Source of the DNA: Thecamonas trahens ATCC 50062
Taxonomy: Eukaryota > Protista > Apusomonadida
Direction: 5' to 3'
Length of the DNA: 64,000 nucleotides
Assembly (NCBI RefSeq): GCF_000142905.1
Contig: NW_013657619.1
Location: 68,735-132,734 of the forward strand
The position numbers were made by a program, and so were the translations under genes. Below the pieces are notes generated by a model. It saw only the letters and a program-made list of their open reading frames with translations, had not been told where the DNA came from and ran no database searches. Shown here in pieces: positions 54,401 to 62,000 of the stretch. Each line of letters starts with the position of its first letter. Positions within the stretch are counted from its first letter, which is position 1.

Positions 54401-54991
54401 CACAAAGATAACGTAGATGGTGCCCATAATAATGGCCCAACGGAAGCCTGTCGACGCCAGAATCCTATCCGGTATGCTGAGCCACCACTGCAGACGGGCG
54501 TCGTCATCATCATCGTCATCATCATCGCCATGATCATCAGCGTCAGCACCAGCCAAGCCGCCATCTAAACCAGCACTTTCCATTCCATAGTGCATGAGCA
54601 ACGGCATGCGCTCGCCAGCAATGGTCGACCGCGGCGACGGCAGCGATGAGAAGCTCGACCGCAGGTCAAGAGCGGGCATGGACTTGGGCATGACCGGAAA
54701 CGACAGAAACGATTGCACATCAAGAGCACCGGTACCAGCATCCTGCCCGACCCCTCCATGCGCATGTGCCCCGTCAGCTCTACTCTCCTCAGCCCCGCCA
54801 TCGCCAGCCCTGCCATCGCCAGCCCTGCCATCGCCAGCCCTGCCATCGCCAGCCCTGCCATCGCCATGCTCTTCGCCTGCGAGCCATGTCGTCGACCCGT
54901 CACGCGGAGACTCTGCGGTGGTGAAGGACGAGCTCGAGGAGAGCAGCAGGGAAGCAGGGACCACACCTGCTCCTGCTGCGTTGATGGACAT
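51437..54991 (-). CDS. Voltage-sensor-like 6TM domain fused to a Ras guanine nucleotide exchange factor (REM + CDC25)
   Basis: S1 TIYVIFVDNI, S2 FVVEM, S3 YLTSFFFILD, S4 KLAKAGREARVSARAARLLTLVRIEK, then two further TMs. REM: FVDAFLVSYRRFLSP...RVVYVLKRW. CDC25: EVARQMCL...APNI..FI..F...N.NGLMEVVSAL.S.PIKRL..SW...IPYLG.YLQDL..MDEANPD...GLINM.K. Confidence 0.92.
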   Translation of the reverse strand: MSINAAGAGVVPASLLLSSSSSFTTAESPRDGSTTWLAGEEHGDGRAGDGRAGDGRAGDGRAGDGGAEESRADGAHAHGGVGQDAGTGALDVQSFLSFPVMPKSMPALDLRSSFSSLPSPRSTIAGERMPLLMHYGMESAGLDGGLAGADADDHGDDDDDDDDDARLQWWLSIPDRILASTGFRWAIIMGTIYVIFVDNIEVLAELPDPRDANLPFFLLLLKLVVFVMFVVEMAVTAIVRGREYLTSFFFILDAVTLLSFAPDFAALFGVDLLSSASFKLAKAGREARVSARAARLLTLVRIEKIVKQQPHPVDALDEAVPGAGDEAVGMNTSFFALPTKQAATSPSKPGPPSFRFGEVIIQSTTNKVTALVLLLFIAATLLQWPLEWQPHAQAGLNAVEGAWQLDPQHALQSVIPLYLQPYSSSVRAVQLVVNNTVVLGGDFDMRLVRNTFIETVTTDTSVARFNVSHTLRIQAALNVVLMLFVLVILAVGNAVICWDAYHLVELGDKLIKTMELLTDHVTGAAAFAPALVRGVAPGALLAPQPGAGGVGGGSGRLGLTALYSSLDARPPRQRARSFTEVFSTLDLELRSDGDEYSYDDDVGDGGHDSDFSSMVIVGQHASMPAVVAMEAGRRGGRPRRRRRRKPRTKAGLFQVLNSMQVAAADVAKHNRLVAHQLAVMAAENLRLHLEKRQLVALLHEAHVMAAPELAGTAAGQMAALVGVLGADGCEHSPWTAPGLCPVAAEVTTESSGPPSTDSRGTVSRLLSRRHVVSGNIRGLVYHALSSPDDSFVDAFLVSYRRFLSPTQLMEAAMVRLCRLAEAHGADDPFASLAAPSAASWGLARVVYVLKRWLALSHVDFGTDPEPAELLRTLCGVLLPRMGMVAEAEYLLELLEANNRGDCMHPILVFGEAGPPPVAVVDPPRPRVASGPPSLASANPIEVARQMCLYESQLFRRIRPEEFFDKAWKHAQAHALAPNILAFINHFDAMVRRFQVAVLEEPTPEARACVLEAYIRVAHALGELANANGLMEVVSALVSTPIKRLHASWALVPDELRAVLDQLRTLLFDPARGAGPRSFEPDAALLDPLPTFIPYLGQYLQDLFKMDEANPDIDAETGLINMRKGAYVAEHVVHKIVRWQTALTYDFVPYPDLLNLLRASTTDAELAYPDDDALYDRSLLIEPRA
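54797..54866 (+). repeat. 15-bp tandem repeat (GCCATCGCCAGCCCT) x ~4.7, encoding (GDGRA)n in the RasGEF N-terminus
   Basis: Directly visible. Confidence 0.9.
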
Positions 54992-55546
54992 ATCGTCCCC
55001 AAAGTGGAGGTATGTGTCGAGAGGGTGGGGTGGTGGAGTGCTGGTAGTGGCTGCCGTTGGCCCTGGCTATGCCTTGCCGGTGTCGCCGTGAAGCGGTGAC
55101 TGTCGCATGGCTTGCCCACTTGGCCACAACGCGACAGGCAAGCAACAGAGAGGGATGCAAGTGTGACTTTCACTCAACAGCTTGATTGCGACTCAAACTC
55201 ACAGGCAAGCCACATCACCGGCCCACATCATCGATCCACGAGAGTAGCCTCACCCTCGCATACAAGCCTGATCCGGGAGGGAGAGACGTCATCGGCAATA
55301 GATCGGTGCAATCGGTGCAATCGGTACGCTCCAACCAAGCCAGCAACCACCCGCAACGCCAACGAAACGTATAAATCCAATCTCCGAATGTCGGAGCCCC
55401 AACACGTCCCTAATTCCTTCCGTTCGGCTCGCGGGTCACACGCTCCATCAAGACAAGTCACGCGCTCCAACCCGACGGCCCGACCCGAAAGCCGGCCAGC
55501 ACGTCTCTCTCTCCCTCTTGCTCTCTCTCTGAAAGTTTGCAACGTT

Positions 55547-56451
55547 ATGAAGGGTGCCATTCTCCTGACTGTACTTGCCGTTGTGGTCACACTCTCTGTC
55601 GCCCGGCATGTCATTCCTCATGACCATTGGCCGTATGTTGTTGCATCTGCTCCCATTGGTCCCTCCTCTGGTCCTTGGACGCTGTACCTGGCCTGCATGC
55701 CGGCGGAGGACAAGCGTGTCGACGTGGGTCCGTGGCCTCTCTTTTTTTTTCCCCGCCAGTGTTGGACGACAATGATGGTGGCTTGGGTTTTTGGCGTGCA
55801 GCTAGAAGAAAATGATGGTGGCCTTGGTGATGGTGATGACCATCATCATCATCACCATCACCATCATCATCATCATCGTCATCATCACCATCATCATCAT
55901 GAGCTCAGGTTTGTTGGTGGTGATGGTGGTCTTTGGAGGGGTAGTAGTGACTCACAGCAAGAGGATCGAGGTGGGGGCGTAGGATGTTCAAGCAGTGCGA
56001 TCCGCGGTGGGGCAACGAGCGGCTTGGAGATGCTGGCTCGCCGAACACCATCTGCCAGGCTGGGTGCGCCATGACGTCGACGACGATGGCGCTGGCGCAC
56101 TTTAACACTACCGTCGATAAGCACGGGGTCAACCCGGGGACCGTCAACTCATGGCTGGTCAAGCACGGCGGCTTTGCTGACAAGGATCTGATCATCTGGA
56201 GTGCTGTCTCCGGCCTCGGCACGATGAAGGTTGACACGATTCTGCAGTCGCCGTCGGCCTCGGTTGTCCACGGTTACATCAACAAGGGCCACCCTGTCAT
56301 CATGCACGTCCGCGACAACACCCATTTTGTTCTCGGCATTGGCTACGACTCGGAGAATCCGAACATGATTGTTGTCAACGATCCGGCCTTTACCACCACC
56401 GAGTACAACCTCTCGGGCGTGACCGAGGTTGTCGTCTACGCCCGCGCGTGA
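55547..56451 (+). CDS. Secreted papain-fold peptidase C39-like protein; exons 55547-55632 and 55983-56451
   Basis: Signal peptide MKGAILLTVLAVVVTLSVA. Splicing GTATGT...TAG gives WPMFKQCDPRWG..LG...TICQAGCAMTS.TMAL, then HFVL and VNDP (Cys-His-Asp triad). Confidence 0.85.
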
Positions 56452-56498
56452 GCGAGCGGCTGTAAAGAATGCACACCCTTTTAGAACAGAGTCGCGCG

Positions 56499-57836
56499 CT
56501 ACTTGATCCGGTTCATGAGCTTGGCGATTTGGTCGAGGATCGCGTTGTGGAGCTCGACGGCTTGAGGGGTGGAGAAGACAAAGACCTCCCGAGCTGCGGC
56601 CGCAGTCGGCGACGGCACTTGTTTGTCGGTACCGGTCTCGCCTCCGGCCTCGCTGCCGCCGAGCGCCCACGATGCCGAGTGAGTGATCGGAAGCGCGGCG
56701 ACGGCACTGGCGTCGCTGCCTATCGAGTACTGGAACCGCTGCCGCTGCTCCAGGACGTGGAACTGGTCGATGTGGCCGTACTTGTGCGAGTAGACCATGA
56801 TCTCCTGGTCGGGCACAAACGAGAGCGCGCCCTTGACATAAACCTTGAGGCTCTTACGGCCGACCTCGATGTAGACGTCGCGGAGTTCGGTCATCTCGTC
56901 GGAGTTGTCGACAGAGGCAGACGGCGGGCCGCCGATGAGCTCCTTGGCCCGAAACCGTGGGTAGCCCGAAGTCGCTGGCTCGGGTGGGCGGTGCATGAGG
57001 ACAGAGGTCGACGAGACCGACCGCCGCATGCTCCGCAGGCCACTGCCACTTTCGTTGTCTTCGATTCGCAGGTCGCCCAGCGCTCGGTCAAGCGTTGCCT
57101 CGTCCTGGGAGAACACCTGCCGGTGCCGCGCATGGTCGCTGCTTGCCAGCCCGTCGTCATCGTCATCGTCGTACCCGTCGCCGACGTCCGAAGCGTCAGA
57201 GAGTTCGCTGCCGCGCGGCCCGCAGTCCGACTGCGAGCCCTCACGCTCAAGCGCTCCCGAGTCAAACTCGATCAAGCTCACCAACGAGGTCTGGCGCACC
57301 ACCGCCCGCGGCACCCCAATGCCGACTATCGACGGATTGGCCGAGATCGACCGCGCATGGTTCGCCCGCGCGTGGTTTGCCCGCGACCGCGGCGCAGGCG
57401 GCGGCGGCAGCAGCGGCGCAGACTGCATCATGACCGACACCGCATTGCGCGCCGCTACGTCGCGCCCGCTTGTCGGCGACAGCTCCAGCAGCGAGCCACC
57501 AGTCGAGGGGAGGCCGAGCTTATGGCTCGGCGAAATACCTGCAGATGGCGGCGCAGAGTCGGACCGGCCCTGTGGCGACGGCTCGCGCGAAATTACAGAG
57601 AGCGGAATGTGCAGCAGAGCACAGTTGGAGTACAGGACCAGACCGACCGAGCCCGTCACCGGATTGCGGACCCGCCACCAGCCCGGCAGCGGCATCGCGC
57701 CCGAGTCGAGCACTTCAAGTACAGCTCCGATAGCAGCATCCTTCAGCGGCACAATGCCGGTAGCTTCATCAACAAACGCCTGCGGCAGCTGGGTCCGTGC
57801 CAGCGGCGTCACCAGCCGGGCTTGAAAGACAGACAT
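56499..57836 (-). CDS. Adaptor-like protein: N-terminal SH3-like domain and C-terminal PTB/FERM-F3-like domain
   Basis: GAVLEVLD...GWWRVRN..TGSVGLV..SN (SH3-like). FRAKE...VYIEVGRKSLKVY...FVFSTPQAVELHNAILDQI (PH-fold with a C-terminal helix). The middle region is disordered. Confidence 0.6.
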   Translation of the reverse strand: MSVFQARLVTPLARTQLPQAFVDEATGIVPLKDAAIGAVLEVLDSGAMPLPGWWRVRNPVTGSVGLVLYSNCALLHIPLSVISREPSPQGRSDSAPPSAGISPSHKLGLPSTGGSLLELSPTSGRDVAARNAVSVMMQSAPLLPPPPAPRSRANHARANHARSISANPSIVGIGVPRAVVRQTSLVSLIEFDSGALEREGSQSDCGPRGSELSDASDVGDGYDDDDDDGLASSDHARHRQVFSQDEATLDRALGDLRIEDNESGSGLRSMRRSVSSTSVLMHRPPEPATSGYPRFRAKELIGGPPSASVDNSDEMTELRDVYIEVGRKSLKVYVKGALSFVPDQEIMVYSHKYGHIDQFHVLEQRQRFQYSIGSDASAVAALPITHSASWALGGSEAGGETGTDKQVPSPTAAAAREVFVFSTPQAVELHNAILDQIAKLMNRIK

Positions 57837-59055
57837 GGTGCGTGGGCCTGGATAACCTTTTCCAAGTAGGTGATCAGCACAGCACGAGTGAGTCGATGAT
57901 GCAGAGTTGGGTTGCCTTGTCCAGCACGCTGGTCAGCAGCACAAGCCAATATAGCACGACACGATACGATACGATACGATTCGAGCGATACGGCGCGACG
58001 CTATGATGAGCAGAGCGTTGCGGAGCCGGGCAAGGATGGACGAGGATGTACGAGGATGTACGAGGATGCGAGGATGTGACGAGTTGTTCTCTGAAGTGAG
58101 CTGGTCACGAGGGATGAACTCAGTCAAATTGGATGAAGAAAGTCGCGTTTGGGGGGACCGAAGAGCGGAGAGCAGGAGAGTGGCGAGCGGAGAGCGGAGA
58201 GTCGCTGTTCGCCTTGTGTTGGTCGCGTGGCCGACGGTGAGAAGGGATGGCTGTGGTCGGAGTGTGGGTGGGTGGGTGGGTGGGGGGAGGGGTATCCTCC
58301 TCGGTTTTCTTTTCCTCGGTGGTGGGTGTGGGTGGGTGAGGTGGTATTAAGGGTGGTGGATACTCATATTTTTTTATTTTAGGGGGGGGGGGGGGAGGGT
58401 ATCGTGGGGAAGGAGCGGACGGCCAATCGGCAACGCGTGCGGGAACAATTTCTTGCTCGGTGAGAACAGACCGAGCATCTGGGTGATGGCGATTCGATCA
58501 TGACAATCGATGGATGCAGGACTGGACTCATCGGAATAAAGGGATGTGGGGCTAGAGGTAGTGGTGTTTGGTATGAAGGCTTACAACGGGTAGTAATCAT
58601 CCCTCCATCGTCCCAAACACCGCGCATCCTTGCAAAGCCTTCCACCACCTTTACTTCAATTGCAGCCAATTGTCGCCATCGAACGCTGCCGCACGGCGGT
58701 GGTCGCTCTCGGCATCGACCGCCTCATGGCAACGCTCCTCGAGACGGAAATCCGCGACGCGATCGCTTTTCCCTCCCAAGGCCGGCGGTGGGCATGACTT
58801 GCTCACCGGCACGCCATCGATTGTCGATCTGAGCGAGTACCTCGTTCGTCAATCAATCATAATCATTCACCATTGATTGTGATCAATGGATCCGTTTGCG
58901 CGCGCGCGCCACACTCACCGACCCAGCAGGCAGTCCTCCCCCCCTTCCCCCCCCTCCCACACACGCACACTCCGGTGCCAGCCAAGCACACGGCACCACA
59001 CCCAACCACACCCACCACTACCTACTCCAAGTCGTGTAGTTGACGCGGTGGTGGT

Positions 59056-62000
59056 ATGGCGTCAGAAGAGTACGTACAGGCGCTCTCTCTCTCTCTCTCT
59101 TTCCCTCTCCTGCCTTCCTCCCCACTCTGGGTGAGCTGGCGGTCGAGGTGGCGGTGATGGCAGTGATGGCAGTGATGTGATGGGCAAAGGCGACGTGAGG
59201 AGGGAAGGGAAGGAGGAAGGGGGGGGGGGGAACTCATCAAGGATGGTGGAGTATATAGAATGGACGCCGTGCTACAAAAGCTCGAGGTCCGCGACCAAGA
59301 GGTTGTGCAGAAGGCGCTGTGGCGAGCTGGACAGTACGGCGAGAGGATCAAGGCGGCTTGCAGGAACGCGGTCGAGGGCGCAGTGAAGAGCATGGCATCG
59401 TTTGTGGAGACATACGATGAGGACATTAAGCGGTTGACAGCGAGAAACTACGCGTCGCTGAACAAGACACTCGCAGGCATCCCGCATCCGGACGAGGCGA
59501 CACGAACAAAGCTCGCCTTTGCCCAGCTCCGCATCGACGACGAGTCCAACATCCGTACCGACATGACCGCAAACATCGCCGCGCTTGGCGCTGCCCTCCG
59601 CTCTGCAGCATCCCAGCTCGATAATCTTCCGCTGCCGCCGCCGCTGCCGTCTCGGGCCCGCGAGCCGGACGACCGTGTCCGTCACATGCAGGCACGGGTC
59701 GAGGCGCTAGTCTCAGAGCGCGACGTCGCGCTCGCTGCACACCGCTCAACGGTGGCAGAACTGGAGCTTGAGCGCTCCCGCTACGATGTACTCGACAATT
59801 TGTATCACTCGAGTCTGCGCGAGGCTCAAGCAGCGGTCGCCGATCTAGCGGCCGTGGTCAAGCCGGCGGCGACACCCGCCGCCCCACCCCCAGTCCCGGC
59901 CGAACAGCCGGAGCTGGAGGCGCAGCTGGACGAATTCCAAGCCGCCAATGCCGCGGCGCAGCTCGAGTGCCTTCGACTGGCCCAGGAACTTGATGAAGCC
60001 CGTGTCCGCGCTCAGGCTGCCGAGGCCGAGCTCGCCGAGCTCTCGCACTTTGCCCACGATGCATCTATGCTCCGTGACGAGGCCGCCGCGCTCAACGACT
60101 CGCTGGTCATCGAGCGCGAAGAGACCAACGCGCTTGCGTCGTCGCTCAAAATTGCTTTTGACGTCGAGTCCGAGTCGAACCAGGCTCTCCGCGAGAACCT
60201 CAAGACCCAGGTCGGCATCACCAGGACCATCAAGCGCAAGCTTGCCGCGGCGCAGACTGAGCTCGCCGCGGTTTCGCAAGCCAAGGCCGACGCGCTCGAT
60301 CGTGTCCATTCGCTCGAGGCCGAGCTTGCTGCCATGCGCGATGCCGCGGAGCATGCCGATTCAGCCAAGGACGCTGCCGTTGACGCCGTTCGCTCCGACA
60401 TGGCGACGCAGCTCGCCGAGCTTCTTGAGCAGCTCGACGAGGTCCAGGCCGAGAACGATGCCTTGCGCACCAGCATCGACGCCCTCCGCCCATCAGCGCT
60501 TGCGGCAGATGAGCTGCCGCTACTCAACGATGAGATTACCACGCTCCGGGCTGCGCTAGATGCCGCAACACGCGACCGAGACGCTGTCCGTGCAGACATG
60601 AACCGGATGCTCGCCGAGCGCGATGCCGCCCGCGCGGAGCTGGCATCTGTCCGAGCCTCATCCCATGCCCAAGCGCTGGTCGGCTCGGGCCACACTGCCC
60701 AAGCCCTCGCCGAGCGCATAGTGCTCTACGACGAGCTCAAAGCCCAATACGATGCGTCGCGGAAGCAGTGGGCTGACCACGTCCGCATGCTCGAAGAAGC
60801 GCTCGAGTCGCAAAAGACCTCGGGTGCAGTTGCCGGCCTCCGCCGCTCGCTCGCCCGCGACTCGGAGCTCATTCAAGCTGCTCTCGACCGCGACACTTCG
60901 CAGGCCTCGATCTTGGTTGCGCCCTCGGCCGATCCAGCGCTCAAGCACCAGCTGACAGCCATGGAGGCCGAGAACCAAGACTTGCGGTCACAGCTCGACC
61001 AAGCTATCCTGCTCAACGAGCGACTGACCTCACTTTCTATGCTGAGCTCGCCGCGGACGCCCCAGGGCGCCAACCCGATGGCTCTCCGAGAGCTCGAAGA
61101 CAGGCTCGATGAGGCGACACAGCTCAACGCACTGCTCCAAGCCCGGCTCGACCGCGGCTCGCCGGCCTCACAGCGCTCTCCGCTCGCGCCGATCGAAAAC
61201 GCGCCGCCTGCTGATCGCTCCACCAACCGCCTTCACACCGTCATCGAGGAGCTTAAGAACCAAGCCAATGAGGCCGAGGCTCTCAATGCCGCGCTCTCTG
61301 CTGACGCGGTCGCCGCCCACACCGCGCACCAAGAGGTCAAGGCTGAGCTTGAGACCGCGCTGGCTGACCTCGCGTCCATGCGCCTCCGTGCCCGTGAAAA
61401 CGAGGCATCCGTTCTCGCGCTTCAAGCCCGGGTGACCGAGCTCGACACCTCGCTTGCCGACATCACGTTCAACGCCTCGCGCGAGCAAGCAGCCGGCAAC
61501 GCCGAGGTGCTCGCCGCACTAGCAACCGAACGCGACGAGCTCGCTGCCGAGCGCGATGCGGTCCGCCGCGAGCTACAGGCCGCCGAATCCGCTGCAGCGC
61601 TGGCGGATGCGCACGCCCAGCAGCTCGAGGCCCGAGCGAAGCTTCGGGACGACCACATGCGTAGCCTTCAGGCACGCCTTGCCGACGACGCCAATATGAC
61701 CGAAGACCTCCGATCCCTCGCTGACGAGGCGGAGGCGCTCAACGCTGCTCTTACCACCGAAGCCGAGCTTGCTCGTCGCGAGGTTGACGAGGCCCGCGCT
61801 GAGCGCGACGAAGCGCGGGCCGAGGCCGAGAAGCTCCGCCGCACGGTCACTGCTCACGAGGCTCGAGCCAAGAAGCTCAGCTCGCGAGTTGCCGATCTCG
61901 ACGAGTCGCTCTCGTCGCACGTCGCGCGTTTGCACTGAGCAACGACTCGCTGGCTGACGAGCGCGAGGCGCTGATCTCGGAGCGTGACACAGCACTAGCC

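Noticed and set aside
55369-55376. TATAAA upstream of the peptidase gene
   Set aside because: A single hexamer with no TSS data cannot be supported as a promoter.
55112-56074. 320-aa ORF with a poly-His tract (possible metal-binding protein)
   Set aside because: The (CAT)n tract lies inside the predicted intron of the C39-like gene.
57837-59055. Possible ncRNA or small gene in the longest intergenic stretch
   Set aside because: I could not recognise a tRNA, snRNA or rRNA signature or a convincing ORF. It is most likely a divergent promoter region with simple repeats.
7675-61931. Programmed ribosomal frameshifting as an explanation for the split ORFs
   Set aside because: The shifts go in both directions, share no slippery heptamer or motif, and all fall at homopolymers. 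Sequencing error is simpler, pending read evidence.
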